Source of the DNA: Anaeromyxobacter sp.
GTDB lineage: Bacteria; Myxococcota; Myxococcia; Myxococcales; Anaeromyxobacteraceae
NCBI GenBank assembly: GCA_049840735.1
Contig: JASGJN010000020.1
Span: 160,001-224,000 of the forward strand
Direction: 5' to 3'
Length of the DNA stretch: 64,000 bases
The notes beneath the pieces are model-generated. The model worked only from the letters and a program-made list of their open reading frames with translations, did not search any database and was not told the DNA's origin. The position numbers were made by a program, and so were the translations under genes. This document shows positions 41,677 through 52,118 of this stretch, piece by piece. Numbering within the stretch: the first letter of the stretch is position 1; each line of letters starts with the position of its first letter.

Positions 41677-42597
41677 ATGACCCACCGTCGCCTGCTGAGC
41701 CTGGCCGCAGCCTCCCTCACCCTCGCCGCCTGCGATGCCGCGCGCATCGACCAGAACGTCGCCAACGCCGACCGCCCCGCCACCGATCAGCTGGTCCGCA
41801 GCTGCGGCACCGAGAACCCGTCCGCCGAGGAGCAGGCGCGCGTCGAGGCCGAGGTCGCGGCCGCGCTCCAGACCTCGAACCCGTTCATGGCGGCGGCCCG
41901 CGCCGCCGGCTCGGTGACCATCCCGGTCTACTTCCACGTCATCAACAAGGGCTCCGGCACCGCCAACGGCGACGTGACCAGCGCGCAGATCAACGATCAG
42001 ATTGCCGTGCTCAACAACGCCTACTCAGGCGCGACGGGCGGAGCGAACACGCCCTTCCGCTTCCAGCTGATCTCCGTGGACCGGACCACCAACGCCACCT
42101 GGTTCAGCTCCTGCGACGCGTCCTCGGTCGAGACGGCCATGAAGACCGCGCTCCGCAAGGGCACCTCGGGCGCGCTCAACCTCTACACCTGCAGCCCGGG
42201 CGGCGGCCTCCTCGGCTGGGCCACCTTCCCCTCCAGCTACACCTCGCAGCCCAAGATGGACGGCGTGGTCATGCTCTACTCCTCGCTGCCCGGCGGCTCG
42301 GCGGCCCCCTACAACCTGGGCGACACCGCCACCCACGAGGTCGGCCACTGGCTCGGCCTGTACCACACGTTCCAGGGCGGCTGCGCCCAGGGCGACCAGG
42401 TCTCCGACACCGCGGCGGAGAAGTCGGCGGCCTTCGGCTGCCCGACCGGCCGCAACACCTGCACCGGCTCGCGCTACCCGGGCAGCGACCCCATCACCAA
42501 CTTCATGGACTACACGGACGACAGCTGCATGTTCCTGTTCACGTCCGGTCAGTCCTCCCGAGCCGACGCCCAGACCGCGGCCTATCGCGCCTTCTAG
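41677..42597 (+). CDS. M43 zinc metalloprotease (ulilysin/pappalysin-like) lipoprotein
   Basis: LTLAAC lipobox; RSCGT Cys-switch; [13 protein letters not shown]; Met-turn NFMDY. Confidence 0.92.
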   Translation: MTHRRLLSLAAASLTLAACDAARIDQNVANADRPATDQLVRSCGTENPSAEEQARVEAEVAAALQTSNPFMAAARAAGSVTIPVYFHVINKGSGTANGDVTSAQINDQIAVLNNAYSGATGGANTPFRFQLISVDRTTNATWFSSCDASSVETAMKTALRKGTSGALNLYTCSPGGGLLGWATFPSSYTSQPKMDGVVMLYSSLPGGSAAPYNLGDTATHEVGHWLGLYHTFQGGCAQGDQVSDTAAEKSAAFGCPTGRNTCTGSRYPGSDPITNFMDYTDDSCMFLFTSGQSSRADAQTAAYRAF

Positions 42598-42648
42598 GCC
42601 GACCCTGGGGCCGCGCCTGCAGGCCCGGCCACACGCTCACCACGATCG

Positions 42649-42684
42649 GAAGCGCCCTCTCCCGGCTGCGGGAGGGGGCGTTTC
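42649..42684. terminator. hairpin terminator between convergent M43 and msrA genes
   Basis: GAAGCGCCCTCTCCC ggctgc GGGAGGGGGCGTTTC. Confidence 0.65.
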
Positions 42685-42695
42685 CCCTTCTGCCC

Positions 42696-43340
<645 letters not shown>

Positions 43341-43380
43341 CCCCCCATTTAACGGGCCGGCGGCCCACCGGCAGCGCCGC

Positions 43381-43584
43381 CTACTCGAGCTTGAAGCCGA
43401 CCCGCAGCGTGACCTGGAACTCGCTCACGCGCCCGTCCTTGATGGCGCCCCGCTGCTCCGCCACCTCGAACCAGCTCAGGTGACGGACCGACTTGGAGGC
43501 CTCCTCGATGGCGGCGCGGGCCGCGTCGGCGAAGCTGGTGGGGGACGTGCCGACGATTCCGATCTTCTTGTACACCCCGGCCAT
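43381..43584 (-). CDS. dodecin flavin-binding protein
   Basis: [44 protein letters not shown]. Confidence 0.92.
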   Translation of the reverse strand: MAGVYKKIGIVGTSPTSFADAARAAIEEASKSVRHLSWFEVAEQRGAIKDGRVSEFQVTLRVGFKLE

Positions 43585-43728
43585 GCGACTCCTCCTGGGC
43601 GCGGCGCGCCCGTGCGGGACCGTTGACGGTGGGTGAGCATCACCGGCGCGGCGGCGGGTTGCTCGGCCCTCTTGGGGGCGGCGTCCCCTCGCGCCAGCGG
43701 CACCATCCCAGGATGGCGGCGGGAGCCC

Positions 43729-45711
43729 CTACACGCTCCCCAGGTACGTGTAGCCCTTCATCACCTGCTCGTAGAAGTCGCCCAGCGAGACGCCCTCCTT
43801 CGGCCGGATGGCGCCTTCCTTGATCTTCTGGTCGATGGCCGTCTTCACGCGGCGGAACAGGTCGGCGGGCTCGTACTGCACGCGCGAGAGCACCTTCTCG
43901 ATGGTGTCTCCGGGCACGACCTCCTCGATGTAGAAGTCCTCCGGGTCCTCGTCGTCCACGAAGACGTGGATTTCGTTCACCCGCCCGAACAGGTTGTGCA
44001 TGTCGCCCATGATGTCCTGGTAGGCGCCGGTCATGAACATGCCCAGGAAGTACGGCTCGCCAGGCCGGAGCGCGTGGAGCGAGAGCGTCTCGTCCACGCC
44101 GTCGTTCTCGATGAACCTGTCGATCTTCCCGTCCGAGTCGCAGGTGATGTCGACGATGGTGGCGTCGCGGGTGGGCGCCTCGCCCATGCGGTGCAGCGGG
44201 AGGATGGGAAAGAGCTGATCGAAGGCCCAGTGGTCCGGCGCGCTCTGGAAGAGCGAGAAGTTGGCCATGTACTGATCGGCGATCTTGTCGCCCAGGTCCT
44301 TGGTGTCGCGCGGGAGCCGCTTCTTGCCGCGGTTCAGCTCGGCGATGCCGCGGACCAGCATCCAGAACAGGCTCTCCACCACCGCGCGCTCCTCCAACCC
44401 GAGGATGCCGAGCTTGAACATCTGGAGCGCCTCCTCCTTCTTGGCGGCGGCGTCGTGGTAGGTCTCGGCCCGGTTGCGGGGCGTGAGGCCGGCGATGATT
44501 TCGCGCATCTCGCGGACCACCTTGGCCTCGTTCGGCTGCGGCACCGAGGCGGCGGCGATCTCCTCCGCCGAGCCGATCTCGATGTGGCCGAACACGTTCA
44601 TGATGATGCAGGAGTGGTGGGCCACCGCGGCGCGGCCCGACTCCGAGACGATGTGCGGCTCGGGGACGCCCTCGTTGGCGCAGATGCGCTGCACGTTGTA
44701 GACGACGTCGCCGGCGTACTCCTCCAGCGAGTAGTTGAGCGAGGAGCTGTACCCGCCGCCGCGCGTGCCGACGTAGTCCACGCCCAGGCCGCCGCCCACG
44801 TCGAAGTACTCGATGGGCAGCCCCAGCTTGCGCAGCTTGGCGTAGACGCGCGCCCCCTCGTTGACCGCGTCCTTGACCACGCGGATCTCGGTCAGCTGCG
44901 AGCCCACGTGGAAGTGGAGCAGCTTGGCGCAGTGCTCCTTGCCGGCCTCCTTGAGGATCCGGACGGCGTGGATCATCTCGGGGATGGTCAGGCCGAACTT
45001 GGCGAAGTCGCCGGAGGAGCCCTCCCACTTCCCGGTGCCGCGGGTGGTCAGCTTGGAGCGCAGGCCGATCATGGGCTCCACGCCCATCTCGTCCGAGAGC
45101 CGCAGGAGCTGCGGCAGCTCGGAGAGCTTCTCGATGACCACGATGACCTTGCGGCCGAGCTTGCGCCCGAGCAGCGCCAGGCGCAGGAACTCCTCGTCCT
45201 TGTAGCCGTTGCAGATGGTGAGCGCCTCGGGGTCGGCGTTCATGCCGAGCACGATCAGGAGCTCGCCCTTGGAGCCGGCCTCCAGGCCGTAGCGGTAGGG
45301 CGCGCCGGCGTCGAGGATCTCCTCGACCACCTCGCGCATCTGGTTCACCTTGGTCGGGAAGACGCCATAGTAGCGCGCGCCGTAGCTCTGCTCGGCGATG
45401 GCCTTCCCGAAGGCCTCGTTGATTTGCTTCACCCGGGCGCGCAGCACGTCCTGGAAGCGGACCAGGCAGGGGAAGCCGATCCGGCGCTCCTGGATGTCCT
45501 CCACCACGTCCATGATGTCGATGGTCGGACCGCCCGGCCCCATCGGATGGACGACCACGTGCCCCTTGTCGTTCACCGAGAAGAACCCGGCCCCCCAGCC
45601 GGCCACGTTGTAGTACTGCGCCGCGCGCTCGATGGACCAGTCCGACGCCGCGGTCACCGTCGTCGCGTCGCTCCGCCCTTCGGGAAGGCTCAGATCGCCA
45701 GGTGCTCTCAT
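43729..45711 (-). CDS. speA: biosynthetic arginine decarboxylase
   Basis: FPTKVNQ (PLP Lys), LEAGSK, HFHVGSQ, DVGGGLG, DITCDSDG, MHNLFG; true start may be slightly downstream. Confidence 0.94.
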   Translation of the reverse strand: MRAPGDLSLPEGRSDATTVTAASDWSIERAAQYYNVAGWGAGFFSVNDKGHVVVHPMGPGGPTIDIMDVVEDIQERRIGFPCLVRFQDVLRARVKQINEAFGKAIAEQSYGARYYGVFPTKVNQMREVVEEILDAGAPYRYGLEAGSKGELLIVLGMNADPEALTICNGYKDEEFLRLALLGRKLGRKVIVVIEKLSELPQLLRLSDEMGVEPMIGLRSKLTTRGTGKWEGSSGDFAKFGLTIPEMIHAVRILKEAGKEHCAKLLHFHVGSQLTEIRVVKDAVNEGARVYAKLRKLGLPIEYFDVGGGLGVDYVGTRGGGYSSSLNYSLEEYAGDVVYNVQRICANEGVPEPHIVSESGRAAVAHHSCIIMNVFGHIEIGSAEEIAAASVPQPNEAKVVREMREIIAGLTPRNRAETYHDAAAKKEEALQMFKLGILGLEERAVVESLFWMLVRGIAELNRGKKRLPRDTKDLGDKIADQYMANFSLFQSAPDHWAFDQLFPILPLHRMGEAPTRDATIVDITCDSDGKIDRFIENDGVDETLSLHALRPGEPYFLGMFMTGAYQDIMGDMHNLFGRVNEIHVFVDDEDPEDFYIEEVVPGDTIEKVLSRVQYEPADLFRRVKTAIDQKIKEGAIRPKEGVSLGDFYEQVMKGYTYLGSV

Positions 45712-45803
45712 GTCGAACGCTGATCTACGACACCACGGCCGCGATTTGAAGGGTGCGGCGAGTCGACTTTGGCCTGGCGCGGCGTTAAGGAACGGCTCCG
45801 CCC

Positions 45804-47668
45804 GTGTCGCCCCCTCGCCCCCACTCCCGCCCGGCGCCCGCCGCGACCTTCCGGGAGCGGCTCGCGGGCGCCCGGGTGGTGTTCCGGCAGCTGCCCGGGA
45901 CCCTGCGGCTGGTGTGGGAGGCCGACCGCGCAGGTGCCCTGGCCGTGATCGGCTTCACGCTGGTCCTGGCGCTCCTGCCGGCCGGGATCGCCTGGGTGGG
46001 CAAGCTGATCGTGGACGGCGTGGTGGCGGCGGCCCGCAGCGGCGCCGGCGCCGATCGCGACCGGGTCCTGTGGCTGGTGGCGCTGGAGGCCGGGCTGATG
46101 GCGGCCCAGACCGGGGCCGGGCGCCTGCTCGGCCTGCGGCGGGAGCTGCTCCGGGGCGCCCTGGGCAACCTGGTCAACGAGCGGATCCTGGAGAAGGCGC
46201 TGGCGCTGGAGCTGCGCCACTTCGAGGACAGCGACACCTACGACAAGATGCAGAACGCGCGGCGGGAGGCCTCCTCCGCCCCCTGGCGCTGGCGCTGGAG
46301 GCGCTGGCCATCCTGCAGAACCTGGTCACGCTGGCGGCCCTCTCCGGCCTGCTGCTCCGCCTCTCGCCCGCCAGCGTCCTGGTCATCGTGGTGGCCTCCA
46401 TCCCCGCCTTCCTGGCGGAGGCCCGGCTGACGGGAGAGTCCTTCCGCGTCCTGACCTGGCGGGCCCCCGAGGGGCGCAGGCTCAACTACCTCGAGTGGAT
46501 CCTGACGCGGGACTCCCACGTCAAGGAGGTGAAGCTCTACGGGCTGGGCGGGCTCATCCTGGGCCGGTACCGGAAGCTCTTCACCCGCTTCTTCGAGGAG
46601 GACCGGCAGCTGGCCCTGCGGCGCCTGCGCGCGGGGCTGGGCTTCGGGCTGGCCTCGCTGGCCGCGTTCTACGGGATGTACGCGCTCATGGCCTCGCGGG
46701 CGGCCCAGGGCGCCATCAGCCTGGGGGACCTGGCGCTCTACATCGCCGTCTTCAGGCAGGGCCAGGGCGCGTTCCAGGCGGTGCTGACGGCGATCGGGAA
46801 CCTCTACGAGGCGTCCCTCTTCATGTCCAACCTCTTCGCCTACCTCGACCTGCCTACCGGCGGCGAACGGCCGCGGGTCCACCCGCCCCTCTCCCCGCCG
46901 CGCGGCCGTCCGCTGGCCATCGAGCTGCGCGGCGTCTCCTTCCGCTACCCCGGGCGCCAGGACTGGGCGCTGCGCGACGTGAACCTGACGCTCGCGCCGG
47001 GCGAGAAGCTGGGGCTGGTGGGCGAGAACGGCGCCGGCAAGTCCACGCTGGTGAAGCTGCTGCTGCGGCTCTACGACCCCACCGAGGGCGAGATCCGCTA
47101 CGGCGGCGTGGACCTGCGCGACATGGACCCGGAGGACCTGCGCCGGCGCATCGGCGCCGTGTTCCAGGACTTCGTGCGCTACCAGTTCTCGGCGGCCGAG
47201 AACATCGGCCTGGGCGATCCGGCGCGGGTGGAGGACCGGCCGCGCATCGAGGAGGCCGCCCGCCGCGGCGGCGCGGCCCCGGTGGTCGAGTCGCTCCCCT
47301 CCGGCTACGAGACCATCCTGGGCGGCTGGTTCGAGGCCGGCCACGAGATCTCCGCCGGGCAGTGGCAGAAGCTGGCCGTGGCGCGCGCCTTCATGCGCGA
47401 CGACGCCGAGGTGCTGATCCTGGACGAGCCCACCGCCGCCATCGACGCGGAGGGCGAGCACGAGCTGTTCCAGCGCTTCCAGGCGCTGGCCGCCGAGCGG
47501 AGCGCCATCGTCATCTCGCACCGCTTCTCCACCGTGCGGCTGGCGGACCGGATCGCGGTGCTGCACGGCGGGCGGCTGGAGGAGCTGGGGTCCCACCGCG
47601 AGCTGGTGGCCCAGGGCGGCCGCTACGCCCATCTCTTCAAGCTGCAGGCGCAGGGCTACCTGGACTGA
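45804..47668 (+). CDS. ABC exporter (TMD + ATPase); -1 frameshift at ~46277
   Basis: N-terminal TM part in ORF 45804..46430; GENGAGKS, ISAGQWQK, LDEPT, ISHR in the second frame; adding one C gives EASSRPLALALE. Confidence 0.88.
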
Positions 47669-47676
47669 GAGGACTC

Positions 47677-48258
47677 ATGCGCGGCCTCGAGCAGATCCCC
47701 TGGCTCTACGACCTCGGCCTGGCCATCTCCGAGCGCGGCCCCTTCGGCCGCTGGCGCGCCTGGCTGGGCGCCGGCGCCGCCGGGCGGACGCTGGACCTGG
47801 GCACCGGCACCGGCCGGAACCTGCCCCATCTGCCGCAGGACCTGCGCGCCGTGGCGCTCGATCCCGACCCGCGCAACCTGGTCCGCGCGCGCCGCCGCGG
47901 GCCGGCCACGCCGCTGGTGCGCGCCCGCGCCGAGGCCCTGCCCTTCCGCGACGCGGCCTTCGACACGGTCACCTGCGGGCTGGTGCTGTGCAGCGTGGAC
48001 GACCCCGCCGCCGCACTCCAGGAGGTGCGGCGGGTGCTGCGTCCCGGCGGCACGCTCCGGCTGATCGAGCACGTGCGTGCCCGGGGAGCGGGCGGCGCGC
48101 TCCAGGATCTCCTGCAGCCTGCCTGGACCTGGGTGACCGGCGGTTGCCGGCCCAATCGGCACACCGAGGCGGCCGTGGAGGCCGCCGGGTTCGCGGCGGT
48201 GCCCGGCACGCGCCGGGCGCGCGGGGTGCTGCGCCGCTGGGTCGCTTCGCGCTCCTAG
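47677..48258 (+). CDS. class I SAM-dependent methyltransferase
   Basis: LDLGTGTG, AEALPF, VLCSV, RVLRPGG, GGCRPNR. Confidence 0.85.
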   Translation: MRGLEQIPWLYDLGLAISERGPFGRWRAWLGAGAAGRTLDLGTGTGRNLPHLPQDLRAVALDPDPRNLVRARRRGPATPLVRARAEALPFRDAAFDTVTCGLVLCSVDDPAAALQEVRRVLRPGGTLRLIEHVRARGAGGALQDLLQPAWTWVTGGCRPNRHTEAAVEAAGFAAVPGTRRARGVLRRWVASRS

Positions 48259-48500
48259 TTCACCGACGCCGGCCCGCGCACCACGCCGGCCTCCAGCAGC
48301 GCCTCGGCGAACCACTCGGCCAGCGCGCCCTCGCCGTACAGCTCCTCGAGCCGGAACAGGAGCGCCATCTCCTCCCGCGAGAGGCGGCTGGCCATCCAGC
48401 GGTCCAGCGCAGCGCGCCCCGGCGCCGGCGCAGCGGCGGGCTCCTGGCGCATGGCCACCACCAGCTTGCGTCGGACGGGCTCCAGCGTGCGGTCGAGCAT
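48255..48500 (-). CDS. small hypothetical protein (81 aa)
   Basis: GGAGG RBS; helical protein-like sequence. Confidence 0.55.
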   Translation of the reverse strand: MLDRTLEPVRRKLVVAMRQEPAAAPAPGRAALDRWMASRLSREEMALLFRLEELYGEGALAEWFAEALLEAGVVRGPASVN

Positions 48501-48670
48501 GTGGTCCTCCGTTCACCCTGGGAGCTAGCAAGCGACGGGCCACCCCTCACCCGTGTGACAGTGGGCACCTGCGCCCAGGGTTGCCGCACCCGGGCCACGC
48601 GGACCCAGGGCAAGCGGCGCCGGGTGTTCTGGCTGTCCTCCCGCGGCCGGGGCGGATAAGTTCCATCCAG

Positions 48671-49993
48671 GTGACAGGCCCCACCCGTCTCCACACCTCC
48701 CCACGCCACCTGGCCGCGGCCCTCCTGCTCCTGTGCTGCGCGCGGGCGGCGGCGAACCCCGTGGCCCCAGCCGTCCCACCGGGCGCTCCGGAAGCGCCCG
48801 CCACGCCGGCAGCCGCCGCCATGGGCCCCCGCTCGCCGAAGGCCTCGCCGCCTGCCGCGGAGGTGCCCCCCCTGCCCCCGCCCGACGAGCAGCCGGTCCC
48901 CTACGAACCGGGGCGCGACGCCGCCGCCCCGGGCGACGCGACCGGCACGCCGGCGGTGGTGCAGCTGCCCGAGAACCCGCAGCCGGCCGCGCCGCCCGGC
49001 CCGCTCCCGCCGCTCGAGCCCTACCCCGAGGAGACGCCCGGCCCGGACGCGGCCATGGCCGGCAGGCCGCCGGCGGAGCCGCTCCCGCCGGATCCGCGCG
49101 AGAAGCCCGACGGCTGGCTGGACGCCAGCCACGCCGCCGTGGAGCGGCTCCTCTTCAAGCCGGTGATCGAGTTCGACCGCTTCTTCTCCGACGAGCGGGA
49201 GCTGGACGCCGAGCGGGCCCGCTCCTTCCTCCGCGTCCGGTCGGAGATCGAGGTGACCCAGCACGGACCGCCGCGCGTCGGCGCCAGCCTGCGCGCCAGC
49301 CTGCGCTTCCCGGGGATGGGCGAGTGGATGGAGCGGTTCCGCCTGGTGGTCAACGGCGACACCGAGGACACCAGCGCCGCGCTCTTCCCGGAGGACGCGA
49401 CCGCGGTGCGCAGCCGCGACGCGCGCCGGGCCAACGCCGAGCTGCGGCTGGGGGCCTGGCGCGACCTCCTCTCCAGCATCGACCTGGGCACCGGCGTGCT
49501 GCTCACCGTCCCGCCCGGCGTCTTCGTGCGGGCCCGCTACCGGGCCACGCTCCCCGTCACCGAGCTGTTCCTGACCAAGTTCGGCACCAGCGTCTACTGG
49601 CAGAGCGACACCGGCCCCGGCACGCGCATGGACCTCGACCTGGAGCGCACCTTCGGCGAGAGCACGCTGCTGCGCCTGGCCGGCAGCGGCGACGTGAACC
49701 AGCGCGCCACCCGCGGCGTGGAGTTCGGCTCGGAGCTGGCCCTGCTGCACGCGCTGGGGCCGCGCCGCGCCGTGCAGGTGGCCGGGGCGCTGGAGGGCGC
49801 CAGCGACTCGCCGGCGCCCATCGACAGGTACCGCGCCTACGTCCGCTACCGGCAGGACCTCTTCCGCCGCTGGTTCTTCGTGGAGCTGGAGCCGGAGGTG
49901 TTCTGGCCCTGGGCGCCGATCCAGGCCTACCACACCACGTACGGCGCCACCTTCCGGCTGGAGGTGCAGTTCCAGGGCGTGGAGCCGGACTGA
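48671..49993 (+). CDS. hypothetical outer-membrane protein (signal peptide, Pro-rich linker, beta-barrel-like domain)
   Basis: Hydrophobic leader, Pro/Ala tract, alternating strands (YRAYVRYRQD..RRWFFVELEPE, FRLEVQF). Confidence 0.6.
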   Translation: MTGPTRLHTSPRHLAAALLLLCCARAAANPVAPAVPPGAPEAPATPAAAAMGPRSPKASPPAAEVPPLPPPDEQPVPYEPGRDAAAPGDATGTPAVVQLPENPQPAAPPGPLPPLEPYPEETPGPDAAMAGRPPAEPLPPDPREKPDGWLDASHAAVERLLFKPVIEFDRFFSDERELDAERARSFLRVRSEIEVTQHGPPRVGASLRASLRFPGMGEWMERFRLVVNGDTEDTSAALFPEDATAVRSRDARRANAELRLGAWRDLLSSIDLGTGVLLTVPPGVFVRARYRATLPVTELFLTKFGTSVYWQSDTGPGTRMDLDLERTFGESTLLRLAGSGDVNQRATRGVEFGSELALLHALGPRRAVQVAGALEGASDSPAPIDRYRAYVRYRQDLFRRWFFVELEPEVFWPWAPIQAYHTTYGATFRLEVQFQGVEPD

Positions 49994-50105
49994 GGACGCC
50001 TCACTCGCCTGGCCGATCGCTGCGCGCGCGCTGAGCCTTTGGGCCTACATTCCTTCCGCCCTGCCCGGTCCTGGCGTACGCTCCTCGTCCCACCGGGAGG
50101 CGGAC

Positions 50106-51197
50106 ATGGACAGGCTCAGGATCGCGATCAACACGGGCGGCGGCGACGCCCCCGGCCTCAACGCGGTGATCCACGCGGTGACGATGGCGGCCCACCAGCG
50201 CGGCTGGGAAGTCCACGGCATCCTCTCCGGCTACGAGGGGCTGCTCGACACCTCCAAGATCACCCAGCTCACGCCCGAGCGCGTGCAGGGCATCGTGGCG
50301 CACGGCGGCACCATCCTGGGCACCAAGAACCGCGGCGACCCCTTCCGCTACCCGGTACCCAACGTGACCGGCGGCACCGACCTGGTCGACGTCTCCGACC
50401 GCGTGGTGGAGAACTTCCGGCGGCTGCGCTTCGACGTGCTGGTGGCGGTGGGCGGCGACGGCAGCCTCACGCTGGCGCACCAGCTCTCGCAGAAGGGCGT
50501 GCCGGTGGTGGGCGTGCCCAAGACCATCGACAACGACCTGGCCCTGACCCTCACCACCTTCGGCTTCGACACCGCGGTCTCCACCGCCACCGAGGCCATC
50601 GACAAGCTCCACACCACCGCCGCCGCCCACGAGCGCGTGCTGGTGGTCGAGGTGATGGGGCGCTACGCCGGCTGGATCGCCCTCCACAGCGGCGCGTCCG
50701 GCTCGGCCGACGTGATCCTCATGCCGGAGATCCCCTTCGACATGGACAAGGTCTGCGCCCGGCTCACCGAGAACGAGCGCCACGGCAAGCGATACGGCAT
50801 CGTGGTGGTGGCCGAGGGCGCCAAGCCCATCGGCGGCGCCATGGTGACCAGGCAGCTGGACGACAAGAGCCGCCCCGAGGTGCTCCTCGGCGGCATCGCC
50901 GAGCAGGTGGCGCGCGAGATCGCCAAGCGCACCGGCAAGGAGACCCGCTCCATGGTGCTGGGCCACCTGCAGCGCGGCGGCTCGCCCACCACCTTCGACC
51001 GGCTGCTGGCGCTCCGCTTCGGCGCGGCCGCGGTCCGGTTCATCGCTGAGGGGAAGCGCGACGTCATGGTGGCGCTGCAGCCGCCGGAGATGGTCGCGGT
51101 GCCGCTGGCCGAGGTGGCCAAGAAGACCAAGCAGGTGGACCTCACCGGCGAGACCATGCTGACCTGCCGCGACCTGGGCATCGGCTTCGGCGACTGA
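50106..51197 (+). CDS. pfkA: 6-phosphofructokinase (group III type, GGDG)
   Basis: TGGGDAPGLN, GGTILGT, GGDGS, PKTIDND, EVMGR, LGHLQRGG. Confidence 0.94.
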   Translation: MDRLRIAINTGGGDAPGLNAVIHAVTMAAHQRGWEVHGILSGYEGLLDTSKITQLTPERVQGIVAHGGTILGTKNRGDPFRYPVPNVTGGTDLVDVSDRVVENFRRLRFDVLVAVGGDGSLTLAHQLSQKGVPVVGVPKTIDNDLALTLTTFGFDTAVSTATEAIDKLHTTAAAHERVLVVEVMGRYAGWIALHSGASGSADVILMPEIPFDMDKVCARLTENERHGKRYGIVVVAEGAKPIGGAMVTRQLDDKSRPEVLLGGIAEQVAREIAKRTGKETRSMVLGHLQRGGSPTTFDRLLALRFGAAAVRFIAEGKRDVMVALQPPEMVAVPLAEVAKKTKQVDLTGETMLTCRDLGIGFGD

Positions 51198-51228
51198 TAG
51201 GCCCTTCAGCTGCGGTCGTCCTGCCCCT

Positions 51229-52039
51229 GGGCTTCGACTTCGCGAGCCCTGCGGGCTCGCTACGCTCAGCCCGAACGGTTCTAAGGCCCGGTCGCCCTGA
51301 GCGTAGCCCGCGGCGAAGCCGAGAGGCGGCCACGCCCAGCCCGAGCGGTTCGGCAGCCGTTCGCCCTGAGCGTAGCCGCGGCCCCGCCGCGGCGAAGTCG
51401 AAGGGCGGCCACGCCCAGCCTGAGCGGTTCGGCAGCCGTTCGCCCTGAGCGTAGCCGCGGCCCCGCCGCGGCGAAGTCGAAGGGCGGCCACGCCCAGCCC
51501 GAACGGTTTTGGAGCCCGTTCGCCCTGAGCGTAGCCGCGGCCAAGCCGCGGCGAAGTCGAAGGGCGGACACGCCCAGCCCGAGCGGTTCGGTAGCCGTTC
51601 GCCCTGAGCGTAGCCGCGGCCAAGCCGCGGCGGAGTCGAAGGGCGGACACGCCCAGCCCGAGCGGTTCGGTAGCCGTTCGCCCTGAGCGTAGCCGCGGCC
51701 AAGCCGCGGCGAAGTCGAAGGGCGGACACGCCCAGCCCGAGCGGTTCGGTAGCCGTTCGCCCTGAGCGTAGCCGCGGCCAAGCCGCGGCGGAGTCGAAGG
51801 GCGGACACGCCCAGCCCGAGCGGTTCGGCAGCCGTTCGCCCTGAGCGTAGCCGCGGCCAAGCCGCGGCGAAGTCGAAGGGCGGCCACGCCCAGCCCGAGC
51901 GGTTCGGCAGCCGTTCGCCCTGAGCGTAGCCGCGGCCCCGCCGCGGCGGAGTCGAAGGGCGGCCACGCCCAGCCCGAGCGGTTCGGCAGCCGTTCGCCCT
52001 GAGCGTAGCCGCGGCCCCGCCGCGGCGAAGTCGAAGGGC
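51229..52039. repeat. tandem array of a 79-bp palindromic (BIME-like) unit
   Basis: One inverted copy 51229-51278, then direct units starting at 51288 (degenerate), 51357, 51436, 51516, 51595, 51674, 51753, 51832, 51911 and 51990 (partial). Confidence 0.95.
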
Positions 52040-52118
52040 GGCGTCGCTTCCACCTGGTCCGATGGGCGCCCCGCCCCGTGCCCAGGGGTGACGGGCCCGG
52101 GCTGGGCTACGATCAGGG

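Noticed and set aside
30487..42600. Active prophage or integrative element at selC
   Set aside because: No integrase, phage genes or duplicated selC 3' end found
51229..52039. CRISPR array
   Set aside because: Whole 79-bp units are near-identical with no unique spacers, and no cas genes are in the window
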